From positions 234,321 to 298,320 of IMG/VR virus record IMGVR_UViG_3300020156_000001: a stretch of 64,000 nucleotides of DNA. One strand, 5' to 3'. Made by a program: the position numbers and the translations under genes. The notes below the pieces were generated by a model. The model searched no databases. It saw nothing but the letters and a program-made list of their open reading frames with translations, and had not been told where the DNA came from. Position 1 is the first letter of the stretch, and every line of letters begins with the position of its first letter. Positions 18,097-29,899 of this stretch are shown here, piece after piece. Origin of the DNA: a virus. Lineage: Duplodnaviria; Heunggongvirae; Uroviricota; Caudoviricetes.

Positions 18097-19101
18097 TTAA
18101 CCACCGTTACGTTCGCGAATACGACGTAGGATTTCCTGTGCGTCCGGCTTACCGCCAGCAGCTGGAGCGGATGGTGCTACAACCGGCTCATCTTCTTCAA
18201 CAACCGGAGTCGAAGCTGGCTTCAAGCGGCTTAGGATGTCGTTTGCACTTGGAGCAGAGCTTGCTGCTGGAGTGTTACGAGCAAAGCCGTCTTCATCACG
18301 GTCACCGCCACCGGAAGTCTGCAAGCCGAATGGCTTGTAGAAGCTGCCCCAACGATCTGCATCGTATGCTTCCTGATTAACAGAAGCCTGGAACATTTCC
18401 TTAATAGCGTTGAGTTCAGCCGCGTCTGGCTTCTTCGGAAGGAATTCCTTCAAGTTGAACAGACCATGCTGCTCAATTGCACCAGCCTCTTCCGCGTTTA
18501 GCGGGCGAGTCTTGAACGACCAGTTAGATGTCGAGTAGTTTGCGTACTGACCCTTTGTGGTCTTGGTGAGCTTGAAGTCACGACCGTTTTGGAAGTCGAT
18601 TGGAAGGTCTTCCATTTCCGGGTTCATCAGCGAGCTCTTGATGATATCAAAGATCGAGCTGTTGATCATAAAGCGACGGATTGGATTTTCCGGCAGTTCC
18701 TTTTCTTCAAACGCGCTGTTTACAACAAAGCCCTGGAATAGGTAGGACTTCTTCTTGTAATACTTGCGTGCCATTGGCTGAAGGTCTGGATCCTTCCACC
18801 ATGGGCGAGTTTCGGAGATGATCGGGCAGGATTCACCATACATTTCCATGCAAGGAACCTGAACGATTACTTCCTTGTCATCACCACCCTTGATGCCCTG
18901 GAATGGGAGCTTGATTACCAAGCGTTCAACCCAGAAGAAGGTGTTGGACGAGTCAGCGTCCGGAAGAAAACGAATTGTTGAGGATTGTCCTTCAGGTGTG
19001 TTCCAGAACGGATACATTGCGCGGTCACCACCGCCACCTTTATTTTCGCCCTTAGCCTGCTGAGATTGAAGCTTTGCGCGGATTTCGTCTAGAGTAGCCA
19101 T
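18097..19101 (-). CDS. gp32: Single-stranded DNA binding protein (T4 gp32-like)
   Basis: TIRFLPD, VPCMEMYGESCPI, GRDFKLTK and YANYSTS; low-complexity Ala/Pro-rich, partly acidic C-terminal region. Confidence 0.88.
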   Translation of the reverse strand: MATLDEIRAKLQSQQAKGENKGGGGDRAMYPFWNTPEGQSSTIRFLPDADSSNTFFWVERLVIKLPFQGIKGGDDKEVIVQVPCMEMYGESCPIISETRPWWKDPDLQPMARKYYKKKSYLFQGFVVNSAFEEKELPENPIRRFMINSSIFDIIKSSLMNPEMEDLPIDFQNGRDFKLTKTTKGQYANYSTSNWSFKTRPLNAEEAGAIEQHGLFNLKEFLPKKPDAAELNAIKEMFQASVNQEAYDADRWGSFYKPFGLQTSGGGDRDEDGFARNTPAASSAPSANDILSRLKPASTPVVEEDEPVVAPSAPAAGGKPDAQEILRRIRERNGG

Positions 19102-19115
19102 AATAAATTATCCTT

Positions 19116-19209
19116 TGAGCCTTATTAATGAGCCTTATTTGAGCCAATTAAGTTTTTGTTTTCTATAAGAGAACCAGTTACTTACAACTGTGTTCACATT
19201 CTATTTATA
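19116..19209 (-). promoter_or_regulatory. SSB promoter (TATAAATA) and repeat-containing AU-rich leader
   Basis: TATAAATA at 19202-19209; tgagccttatt at 19116-19126 and 19129-19139, and a third tgagcc at 19140-19145. Confidence 0.55.
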
Positions 19210-19271
19210 CCTGGAAGAATGTTCAATATTCTTTTTCTTATTTTATTAAATTCTTACCTAAGTAGGAAAAC

Positions 19272-19303
19272 AAAAAGAGGACGGGAGTTTCTTCCCGTCC
19301 TCT
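19272..19303 (-). terminator. Intrinsic terminator
   Basis: 12-bp stem with GAAA loop (minus strand) and U-tract. Confidence 0.8.
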
Positions 19304-19342
19304 GTTTATAGCAAACTGGAATGACCAGTTTCAATATTCTTT

Positions 19343-22156
19343 TTATAGACCTGCAAGCTTGCGAAGGCGTGCTAGGTGCTCAGATTCGTCACCTGGCTCA
19401 ACAGTGTGAGTGATATCGTCGACAAAATCATCACCCATATCTGCACCGGCCATTTCAACAACTGCACCAAGCTTGTCCTGGATCTTTTGCAGAACCAACT
19501 CTTTGTTCTGGATCAAAACCGGGCCGCTTGTGCGAGAGTCCATATAATACTCTTCCATCTCAGCAAAAATTTCTTCTGCCGACGCACCAGGCATACGCTT
19601 GATGAACGATGGAACTGTGTCGATTACCGCACGCAAAGTCATGTTGTCGGCTTGACGGCGCTCTTCACCACGCTCATCCAGTTGTTCGCCTTCATTAAGG
19701 CCAAACTTCTGCTTGAGTGCATTGATGATAATGCCTTCAAAGTGATCGCCATGATCGGTTACAAAGTCCTGATGGAAGCTATTTTCCGAATACTCGATTG
19801 CAAAGCCCATAACGTCGGAAACCAAGTCCATCATGTATTCGCGATCGTCTTCCGAGCCGTCGAACATATCTGCGGATGCAGTCTTCAACATACCCTGTGT
19901 TGGGTTGGAGATGAAGTCATGAATGAATGTTTCGATATCGTCGATGTGATGGTTGCTTGCGTCTTCTTCAAGTGATTCACTCTTGGACCAAGCCTTACGC
20001 GCAATGTTCATGATCATATCAACGTCCATATCCATAATGCGGCTTTGTAGCTGAGAACCGATAACTGCGGAAAGTTGGCTACGGAGAGCATAAGCATCAT
20101 CATCAGCGTCATCGCCACTTACAATGCCGTAGAAGTCGCTGTTGTCCATGGAAGCAATAGTATCGGTGACCAGCTGCAAGAGAGTGTTGTCGTCGATGTC
20201 TTCGTTGAGTTCTTCACCTTCAGCAAACAAGCTTTCATCAAGACCTTCAGTAGCTTCAACCTCAAAACCATTTTCGGCTAGGTGAGGAATGATCACTTCG
20301 TCAACTAGAGCTTCGATTTGTGGCAGGTAACGCTCAAATTCAAAATCCTCTTGCGGCTCTTCAAACTCTGTTTCCAGATAATAACGAACACCAGTTACAA
20401 CCGCGTTATAGCTGAGTGGGCCATCTTCTGGATCCATCGCATCACCACCAAACACTTCAGCAAGTGCGTAGTCATAAGCTTCAAGATCGAAATTATCGAG
20501 AGCCTGTTCCACCTTACTATCCATTGGAAGAACATCATAAGGACCAGCTTCTGCAACGGCTGTTTCATCAAGACCATTCATCCACTCTTCAAGAGCAGAC
20601 ATCTCTGGAGCAATAGTTGCTTCCTTTACTGAAGCCTTGTCAACGAGATCAGCAAGCTTGGTTGCAAAGAAACGCTCGTTCTGGTCCATTGCATCGCCAT
20701 TGCCCAGCTTGTCGCTGAGTGTGCTTACGTAGTTCCAAAGCATATCATTGCCAAGACCAGAACCTGGAGCCAACAGCTTGTCCAGCTTGAACGAGATTGC
20801 AGCTTCCTGCGAGCTAAAGCGTGGAGTTTCGCCACCCTTAACACGAACACTGAGAGCACCTGCGATAACCTGCTTGAGACCAGTGGCGAGTTCAGCGGCT
20901 TGCTTTTGAAGACCAGCTTGTTCAACCTCACGATTGTCCATGCCTGCCTTGGCAAAGCGGTTCTTAACCCACTGTGTCGCATACATTAGGAACTTGTCTT
21001 GTGGGTTCTCATTAAGGGTAAACCCTTCAAACCCCTGCAAATACATTGTCGCGCCATCCATAGCTTCTTCGCTAAGAACAGTTAGAGCAGTTGGAGCATA
21101 ACGGTCAAAGTGAACGCCTTCTTCCAAACCAAACTCACCGACTAGGCTTTCAATAAGATCTTCGATAAGTTCTGCGTTTTCTGCTACGAACTCATTTACC
21201 AAAGATTCTTCTTCAAAATTAATAGGATCCATTTGTCTTGTTTCCAAAATAGTTTTGGCCACAGTTTCCAGGATGGAAACCAAGCCATTCGTTTCATCGA
21301 TTTGGAGAAGGTCTTTTAGCTGTTCTACTTGTTCAGCAATTTCCCCGGCGAGTGGGCCCACGTGATTGGGAGCATTGGTAATTTGCTCCACAATACCTGT
21401 ATAAAAGCGGTTACCCTTGGACTTAGCAATGCGCTGTTTGGATGCACCAACAATGCCATTGAGCGTTTCTGATAGCCCTATGACTGCTTCATTAGTGCTT
21501 TGCATCTTTCTGATATGCTTGCGCACGGCATTGATTTTGCCCTGCATTTCACACTCAGCAAAGATGTATTTAGAAAAACTATCTGTTGGAGTACCACCGG
21601 AACCCAAATGCCTTGCATAGGCACGAGCACCATGCAGAGAGTTCATTGGGCAACGAAAACGTTCTCCGTTTTCTGTTTCAACAAAAATGCTGTGAATGCG
21701 ACGGCTGCGAGCGCCACGAACATCCTCAGAAATCTTTGCTGAATGACGAATGATAAGTTTGGTCGAACCAATCGTTTGATAGCTGGTCTTTGCCGAACCC
21801 CACATGGATTCCATCATTGGAGTCGCTTTAAACGCGAAGTCCTTTGGGTTGAGATCCTTGCCATACTTACGCACGTTGAACAGATAATTGTAACGAGTCG
21901 CTGTGACTCGCATTGTGTCAATCATCTTGCGCATGGAGTCCACATCTGCGGACTCACTAATGTACATGTTCAAGGTGGAGTCAGCACCGTTTTGGTCGAT
22001 GCTGAGCATTAGTTTGTCGGGTTCTGCAAAAAAGCTAATTGCGGATTCAGGCTCGAATACTTTGTTACCGTGCTCATCAAATAGGCTGAGAACTCGTCCA
22101 GTCCCTTTAAGGATCTGGAAGATTTCCTTAGCCATTGAGCTGATCAACGATGCCAT
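19343..22156 (-). CDS. Large acidic protein, probable virion/core protein
   Basis: 937 aa; globular-looking N-terminal ~300 aa then acidic modules; ends HLARLRKLAGL; late promoter upstream. Confidence 0.55.
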   Translation of the reverse strand: MASLISSMAKEIFQILKGTGRVLSLFDEHGNKVFEPESAISFFAEPDKLMLSIDQNGADSTLNMYISESADVDSMRKMIDTMRVTATRYNYLFNVRKYGKDLNPKDFAFKATPMMESMWGSAKTSYQTIGSTKLIIRHSAKISEDVRGARSRRIHSIFVETENGERFRCPMNSLHGARAYARHLGSGGTPTDSFSKYIFAECEMQGKINAVRKHIRKMQSTNEAVIGLSETLNGIVGASKQRIAKSKGNRFYTGIVEQITNAPNHVGPLAGEIAEQVEQLKDLLQIDETNGLVSILETVAKTILETRQMDPINFEEESLVNEFVAENAELIEDLIESLVGEFGLEEGVHFDRYAPTALTVLSEEAMDGATMYLQGFEGFTLNENPQDKFLMYATQWVKNRFAKAGMDNREVEQAGLQKQAAELATGLKQVIAGALSVRVKGGETPRFSSQEAAISFKLDKLLAPGSGLGNDMLWNYVSTLSDKLGNGDAMDQNERFFATKLADLVDKASVKEATIAPEMSALEEWMNGLDETAVAEAGPYDVLPMDSKVEQALDNFDLEAYDYALAEVFGGDAMDPEDGPLSYNAVVTGVRYYLETEFEEPQEDFEFERYLPQIEALVDEVIIPHLAENGFEVEATEGLDESLFAEGEELNEDIDDNTLLQLVTDTIASMDNSDFYGIVSGDDADDDAYALRSQLSAVIGSQLQSRIMDMDVDMIMNIARKAWSKSESLEEDASNHHIDDIETFIHDFISNPTQGMLKTASADMFDGSEDDREYMMDLVSDVMGFAIEYSENSFHQDFVTDHGDHFEGIIINALKQKFGLNEGEQLDERGEERRQADNMTLRAVIDTVPSFIKRMPGASAEEIFAEMEEYYMDSRTSGPVLIQNKELVLQKIQDKLGAVVEMAGADMGDDFVDDITHTVEPGDESEHLARLRKLAGL

Positions 22157-22188
22157 ATTATTCTCCTAAGTTTGCAATATTTATGCGA

Positions 22189-23787
<1,599 letters not shown>

Positions 23788-23793
23788 TCATAG

Positions 23794-24996
23794 TTATTTG
23801 AAGACTCGAACAGAATACTTCTTCTTCGGGTCCATTCCCTCTTTTGCCATGTCACTTTTGATTTTCGCACGGCCCTCAGGTGTAGACCATTCCTTACCTG
23901 TAAAGCTTAGTACGATAGTGCCTGGACGTTCTTTACCTGTTTGGTCATGATACGTTAGAACGTTTTGACCGGGACGGTAATTGCTTACTCCCCCATATGT
24001 GCTTGCGAATGTAAGGCGTGGTTTATCGCCTGTATCAATCGAAAGAACAACGATCGAAGACTTGCCCGCTTTTAGGTTGTCTCCAAAATATTCGTTATCG
24101 CCGAGTTGGTCAACTGTGAACATGCCTGGGCATGGAAGCAATGCCAAAGTGTGTTCAAAGCTTTTATAGTAGCCTTTCTGGCGAGGATCCTTTGGACGAC
24201 CATAAGCTTCGTCAACTTCGGACTCACCAACGTATTCTTCAACTTCGGAGTCTACGATGCTAACTTTGTTGTTGTGGTCTACCTTCAACATGCTGATAAC
24301 AGATTGTTCAGCTTCCTTTGCAGTGCCGGCGGTTACAACCATTTCTTCAAACTGTGTGTCGTAGTTGGAATCCATCCACTCTACCTTCACCTTGAAACGC
24401 TTGTCTTCGTGTTGAATAACACGCTCTGCGCCAAGATCACTTAGGTAGTCTTTGAAACCCTTTGGCAATGGTGGGAGTTCTGTTGCGGCTACATCATTGT
24501 AGTCGTTAAAGTCTTCGCTTACTGCGCCACCAAAGTTGTTCTTGTGCTTGGCTACCATTTTTGCAATGTCTTCACCACGCATACCAACTTCATCAGCTAC
24601 ACGGGCAACCGCTTCATCGTGATCGGAAACCGCGAGGAAGTTGAAATACATATCGACGATATCTTCAGCTTGCATGCCTGGAATATACTCTGCTCTTTCC
24701 TCTAGCGAATTATCCGCAAAACGAGGATTATTTGGTTTGTGATCAGGGTTACGAACCTTGTTTTCAGCCGATGGCTTATAGGTTTCCTGCTCTTCTACTT
24801 CCAGTGCAGATGAATCTTCAATATTCTGTTCTACATCTACGGGCTCACCATACTGGTAAGCACCAGGAACACCAGCAAGATCCAACATGCGATGCAACTC
24901 TTCCAGCGAGTCAACCTGAATCACTGTGCTGCTGGAGTTTGGACGATCGCCTTCGTCGGCAACGTTTATCGTCAAAGTTACATCTGTTTTGCTCAT
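23794..24996 (-). CDS. Acidic hypothetical (probable virion) protein
   Basis: 400 aa; LHRMLDLAGV motif; TAAATA upstream. Confidence 0.55.
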   Translation of the reverse strand: MSKTDVTLTINVADEGDRPNSSSTVIQVDSLEELHRMLDLAGVPGAYQYGEPVDVEQNIEDSSALEVEEQETYKPSAENKVRNPDHKPNNPRFADNSLEERAEYIPGMQAEDIVDMYFNFLAVSDHDEAVARVADEVGMRGEDIAKMVAKHKNNFGGAVSEDFNDYNDVAATELPPLPKGFKDYLSDLGAERVIQHEDKRFKVKVEWMDSNYDTQFEEMVVTAGTAKEAEQSVISMLKVDHNNKVSIVDSEVEEYVGESEVDEAYGRPKDPRQKGYYKSFEHTLALLPCPGMFTVDQLGDNEYFGDNLKAGKSSIVVLSIDTGDKPRLTFASTYGGVSNYRPGQNVLTYHDQTGKERPGTIVLSFTGKEWSTPEGRAKIKSDMAKEGMDPKKKYSVRVFK

Positions 24997-25029
24997 AATG
25001 GTGTCCTTATTTTAAGGTCTTTTAAATAT

Positions 25030-27126
25030 TTATGCTGGTGTAATCGGATTTACGTTGCCCAGCTGCGCCCATGGAGCGGTTGGACTTTCTTCCGTTGCAA
25101 ACATGATCTGGAAAGTGTCGATATTGAGGACAACCTTACCCAATCCCTTGTTTTGCTGATTTACCGCATGGTTCTTGTTGGATAGTTGCGCGGTGGTGTA
25201 AACGGCAAAGTAGATACCACCGGCCTTATCGATAATAGGCTCACCAGTGTCCACGTTCATAATGTTGGCTTCAAGATCAACATTGCCCTTAGTTGCGCTG
25301 GTAATGCGACCTTGTGCGTTTACCGCATAAGTTGCAATGCCATAAGTTCCCGCAGTAACGCCAGTGTTTGCAAGGGTGATAGCAAGGGTACCACTGCTGG
25401 TGATTGGTCCACCCGTAACGTTGATACCACCGGCGCCAGTTGCGGCAACACTTGTTACGGCACCCGAGCCAGCACCACCATTTGCAATGGTGAGAATGCG
25501 ACCGTATTCATCAACTGTGATCTTTGGATTCGTATAGGATCCACCAACGATGCCTGTCTTTTGCAGAGCCAAAGGAGCCGCAGAAGTACCTTCACCCGTT
25601 AGACCATAACCTGTGCTTACGGAACCGCCTCCAGAGCTCCCACCACCGCCGTTGTTGTTCGAAGCACTCAAGATGCGTCCGTACTCATCGACCTTAATCG
25701 TAGCCATGTTATAGGTGCCAGCGGTTACACCAGTAGTCTTTAGACCAACTTCAATAGTTCCGCTGCTAGTGATTGGACCGCCCTTGGTTTCAAGACCCTT
25801 AACGCCCAACACGTTTACACTGGAAACAGTTCCCGCGGAACCCGTTGGAATCGAGAATGTTTTCCATGTTGGAACACCATTAACGATAGTAAGCATTTGG
25901 TCATTTTGACCCGCTGGAAGTCTTGTTGTTCCGCTGTTGGAGCGAACAAGCATATCACCGGCCGTTGTTAGCGGATCCACATAATTGGAAGTACCACCGC
26001 CGGAGCCACCAACAACCGCAACTAGACGACCATATGTGTCAACTGTGATTGTTGGGTTTTGGTAGACACCCGCAGTCACACCAGTTGGTTTCAAGTTATA
26101 GGAAACCGAACGAGTCAAAGCGTTGCCGCTGATTACAAGTTCGCTGCCCGCAGCAAAACCAAGATCAGTGTTTGGTGCCGTTGCAACAATGGTAGCGTTG
26201 CCAGCGTTGATTGTTCCAAAGTTGTTAGCTTGTGGTGCATCCGCTGGGCTAATAACTTCCCAACCCACACCATTCTTATAACGGAGAACCGAACCCGTTG
26301 TTGGGTTACCAGATACGTCCGTAAGCTGCATGAGCTGTGTTGGGATTATTGGCTTATTGTTGAGTAGATTGTAATCGGCAGAAGTAGCAATTGGATCCAA
26401 ACCCGTAACACGACTCGCCGGAAGCAAACCACCAATTTTGCTGAGGTTGATCTGATTCTCGTTAAACGTGATAATGATTTGGTTGCCTGAGACATCCGTG
26501 CTTAGCGATAGGATCTCACTATCGGAGGCCAGCTTACGGAAGTTTAGTGTGGATCCACTCTTAGAGTGGAACACATCATAACCCGTAGTTGGTCCCAAGT
26601 TTGCCGCACCACTAACATCGCCGGTTGGTGGAGTAAATCCAAGACCAATCTCGATGGTTTCGTTGGTTTGACTTAGTGTGAGGTTTGGACCAACTTTAAT
26701 TGTGCGAAACTGAAGAGAAGAACCACTAACGCCGCGATAAACACGCGCACCAGTGTTCTCCATATTCAAACCGGATTCGATAAATGTTGGCGATGTTTCC
26801 TGAGGAGCAATACCAAGAATCAAGCTTGTTGGAGTCTCAACGATTGTGAGATCACCAGTTGTTGTAATGCTCTTAAAGTTAAGGTCATAGAAGCCCTTGG
26901 ACTTATCAATACCCGCTACAATCTTGGCATCATAAGCGTTGCCAAGAGTGTTTGCGCGAATGTAGTTGAGGGTTTCAAATGTTGCTGGCGTTGCATTGCT
27001 CACACCAGGAGCTGCCGGCGCACTTGCCGGCACAGGAATGCTTGTAGAGCTGGCAAGTGGTGTAACCGCTCTATTAGAGACGACCGCTTGCTGTGAAATT
27101 GAGTTTGGTCGTTTCTTCCCAGCCAT
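25030..27126 (-). CDS. Tail fibre-like protein with TG(V/I)xxGxY...VxxxGR repeats
   Basis: Four TG(V/I)(T/V)(A/G)GxY repeats, two VxSV...GGPITSSGT repeats; Gly/Thr-rich. Confidence 0.7.
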   Translation of the reverse strand: MAGKKRPNSISQQAVVSNRAVTPLASSTSIPVPASAPAAPGVSNATPATFETLNYIRANTLGNAYDAKIVAGIDKSKGFYDLNFKSITTTGDLTIVETPTSLILGIAPQETSPTFIESGLNMENTGARVYRGVSGSSLQFRTIKVGPNLTLSQTNETIEIGLGFTPPTGDVSGAANLGPTTGYDVFHSKSGSTLNFRKLASDSEILSLSTDVSGNQIIITFNENQINLSKIGGLLPASRVTGLDPIATSADYNLLNNKPIIPTQLMQLTDVSGNPTTGSVLRYKNGVGWEVISPADAPQANNFGTINAGNATIVATAPNTDLGFAAGSELVISGNALTRSVSYNLKPTGVTAGVYQNPTITVDTYGRLVAVVGGSGGGTSNYVDPLTTAGDMLVRSNSGTTRLPAGQNDQMLTIVNGVPTWKTFSIPTGSAGTVSSVNVLGVKGLETKGGPITSSGTIEVGLKTTGVTAGTYNMATIKVDEYGRILSASNNNGGGGSSGGGSVSTGYGLTGEGTSAAPLALQKTGIVGGSYTNPKITVDEYGRILTIANGGAGSGAVTSVAATGAGGINVTGGPITSSGTLAITLANTGVTAGTYGIATYAVNAQGRITSATKGNVDLEANIMNVDTGEPIIDKAGGIYFAVYTTAQLSNKNHAVNQQNKGLGKVVLNIDTFQIMFATEESPTAPWAQLGNVNPITPA

Positions 27127-27887
27127 TACTTACCCTTGATCTTTGTTGCCTTGCCGTTCTTAACCACAGTGCGAGAAGCATGTTGAATGCGAGAATCAAA
27201 GTTACCAGTTGGTGCAGTGTCCAACGGAGCTTTTGCTTCCTTTGCGCTAAGTGTGGATCCACTTACTGGACGAACACCATCGTGTTTTGCATTGAATGCA
27301 GCGTCTTCGGTTGCTGTTAGATCGTGGAGTAGACCAAACATGCTCTTGTGTGGAGTTGCTTCATCCATTTCCTTTGCACGATTTGCTTGAATCTGCGCCA
27401 AGTAGTTGAGCAGCGTTTGATTGTACTTGTCACCAAAGCTTTCGCCTTGTTCCTCAGCAACTTCATCATGGCCAAGAAGTGTGGCAACTTCATCGTCGCC
27501 AGCGGCTTCCACAACACCAAGCATTTCCTCAACAAAGCGATCTTCAACCGCTACAGGCTCATTTTCACCACGAACACGAACAAAACGTTCGGAGATATTC
27601 AGCTCATGCTTTAGGTCGTTAGTGAGGCTTTGCGCAACCAGTGGACGCTCAGTTGTGATACGAATCGTATAGGACTCAACCGGGCCAATGCCTGGGAAGT
27701 CGATTTCATCACGCTGTAGGATAGACTTTTTGGCTTTGGAAATCTCAATCGCATCATAACGCTTGAGAACCTTTTCCACCTTGTCCATTACAGTATCATC
27801 GACCTTTACGGCTAGTTTCAACTTGTAGTTGTACTCACGCTTTACGCCGGACAAATATTCATAGAAATTCTTCATAGGTACCTCCAT
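27126..27887 (-). CDS. Hypothetical protein (probable virion)
   Basis: 253 aa; RBS ggagg; CTAAATA upstream. Confidence 0.55.
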   Translation of the reverse strand: MEVPMKNFYEYLSGVKREYNYKLKLAVKVDDTVMDKVEKVLKRYDAIEISKAKKSILQRDEIDFPGIGPVESYTIRITTERPLVAQSLTNDLKHELNISERFVRVRGENEPVAVEDRFVEEMLGVVEAAGDDEVATLLGHDEVAEEQGESFGDKYNQTLLNYLAQIQANRAKEMDEATPHKSMFGLLHDLTATEDAAFNAKHDGVRPVSGSTLSAKEAKAPLDTAPTGNFDSRIQHASRTVVKNGKATKIKGK

Positions 27888-27913
27888 GGGTTTCCAGTAT
27901 TTAGCGGAAATAG

Positions 27914-27938
27914 AAAAAGGGAGCCTTTCGACTCCCTT
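27914..27938 (-). terminator. Intrinsic terminator after nrd operon
   Basis: aagggag/ctccctt stem plus U-tract. Confidence 0.65.
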
Positions 27939-27959
27939 CTCCTCCCCTAAACTGGTTAC

Positions 27960-28181
27960 TTACTTTGTGTAGGCAACCAATTCCGTATAACCACCAACGT
28001 GGGTGGAATTGTCCCAAATCTGCGGAACAGTGCGTGCTTCGTAGCCGAGGTGCTCGTTAAGAAGCTCCTTGTTATTACCCTGCGTTACATCAATATCGAT
28101 GTATTCTTCGCCTAGGATATCGAGAAGCTGCTTTGCACGGACGCAATATGGGCAGTCGGATTTAGAATAGATTGTGTACAT
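27960..28181 (-). CDS. grx: Glutaredoxin
   Basis: CPYC active site, TVPQI and GGYTEL; beside nrdA. Confidence 0.93.
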   Translation of the reverse strand: MYTIYSKSDCPYCVRAKQLLDILGEEYIDIDVTQGNNKELLNEHLGYEARTVPQIWDNSTHVGGYTELVAYTK

Positions 28182-28198
28182 GCGCTATACTCCTCTTC

Positions 28199-29863
28199 TT
28201 ATGCTTCGCAGGACTTGCAGGAAAGTAGCTCACGAGCCAATTCCTGGGATGGGTTTGTAGAACGCTGATAGTAAAGAGTCTTTACCTTCAAGCGCCATGC
28301 TTCGATAAGCAGCTTATTTACGTCTGCTAGCGGAGCATTTGGGTGAATCATCAGGTTTAGCGACTGGCCTTGGTCAAATTCCACTTGACGATCAGCAGCC
28401 TGCTGGATGATTTCAATTTGAGGAATCTCACCGAAAGTTTCGAATACAGCCTTTTCCTCGAGGCTTAGTTCCGGCAAATGCTGAACCGAACCACCGTTGA
28501 TGAGAATGCTTTCCCATGTTTCCTTGGTGTCGATGCCCTTTTCAGCAAGCAATTCCTTGAGGAATGGGTTCTTGTAACCGAACTTACCCTTCTGAAGATC
28601 CTTCGTGAAGTAGTTGGAGTTAAGTGGCTCAATGCTTGGCGAAACCTGACCAAGGATAAAGCTGCTCGAAGTTGTTGGAGCGATTGCCATCAACGTGGTG
28701 TTGCGACGGCCATAACCCTTTAGAACGTCTGGCTCACCAAGAAGTACAGCTAGTTCCTGCGAAGCGGCCATGCACTTAGCAAAAACATTGCGATGGATTT
28801 CAACATTGAGAGTCTTAGCTTCGGCGCTCTTGAAAGCAATCATCTTGCTCTGCAAGTATGAGTGCCAGCCAAGTACACCAACACCAATAGCGCGGTGACG
28901 CATAGCAAAGCGACGTGCATCCTGCATGAACGGAACGCCTTCCGTCTTACGGATGTATTCTTCCATAACAGCGTCGAGGAACATGGTAAGTGCGCGAGCA
29001 ACGCCCGTGTCTTTCCAGTCATCGTAGTGTAGGAGGTTGAGAGAAGCCAAGCAGCAAACAAACGATTCATCTGGGGACGATGGCAAAGCAATTTCCACGC
29101 ACATGTTGGATGCGTAGATCTTCATGCCCTTGTCCTTGTAAACATCAGGAGCGCCGTTGTTTACGTTGTCGGTGAAGAAGATATATGGGTAACCAGATTC
29201 AAAACGCTTCTGGATGATACGTGCCCAAAGCTTACGCTTTTCCTTATCACCAGCGATCATAGCTTCCATCCACATATCACTAATGCAGACGCCCAAGCTG
29301 AGGTTCTGAATCGAGCTGCCTTCTTCACGCAGGTTGAGGAATTCCTTAACATCAGGATGCTCAACTGGAAGATAAACCGCGCAGTGACCACGACGAACGT
29401 TGGACTGGCTTACAACGTTTGTTGTAGCGGAAACGAGGTCCATGTAGTGGACTGGGCCGTCTGCGGTACCGCCGGATGAGATAGCAGAACCACGGGCACG
29501 AAGTGCACCAAAGTATGCGGATGTACCAGCACCAAGCTGAGTCATCTTACCGATTTCAGCAGTCTTGCCGAGAATCGAATCCATGTTGTCGTCGATATAC
29601 GAACCATTGCAAGCGATTGGAAGACCACGACCTGCACCAAAGTTCGCCCATACTGGCGAGCTTAGCGAGATCCAACCACGCATCATGTAGTCTTCAAACT
29701 CTTCAGCAAAGCCAGCTACGCCCAAGTAGCTTTCCGCTGTCTGTGCAATTTCCTTAATGCGATCTTCCGCTGTCTGGCCTTCTCGGAGATAGCCGCGATC
29801 CAAGTATGTTCTCGAATCCTTATTGAGCCAGTAGCCCTTTTCATATTTCATGCGTGTACCCAT
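28199..29863 (-). CDS. nrdA: Ribonucleotide reductase class I alpha subunit (no ATP cone)
   Basis: SSPVW, IACNG, SNMCVEI, CCLASLNL, APTTSSS, QGQSLNL, KTLYYQR and C-terminal CKSCEA. Confidence 0.95.
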   Translation of the reverse strand: MGTRMKYEKGYWLNKDSRTYLDRGYLREGQTAEDRIKEIAQTAESYLGVAGFAEEFEDYMMRGWISLSSPVWANFGAGRGLPIACNGSYIDDNMDSILGKTAEIGKMTQLGAGTSAYFGALRARGSAISSGGTADGPVHYMDLVSATTNVVSQSNVRRGHCAVYLPVEHPDVKEFLNLREEGSSIQNLSLGVCISDMWMEAMIAGDKEKRKLWARIIQKRFESGYPYIFFTDNVNNGAPDVYKDKGMKIYASNMCVEIALPSSPDESFVCCLASLNLLHYDDWKDTGVARALTMFLDAVMEEYIRKTEGVPFMQDARRFAMRHRAIGVGVLGWHSYLQSKMIAFKSAEAKTLNVEIHRNVFAKCMAASQELAVLLGEPDVLKGYGRRNTTLMAIAPTTSSSFILGQVSPSIEPLNSNYFTKDLQKGKFGYKNPFLKELLAEKGIDTKETWESILINGGSVQHLPELSLEEKAVFETFGEIPQIEIIQQAADRQVEFDQGQSLNLMIHPNAPLADVNKLLIEAWRLKVKTLYYQRSTNPSQELARELLSCKSCEA

Positions 29864-29899
29864 CCTTAACGTCGTACAAAAGTGTTTTGGTTTTAAAAA

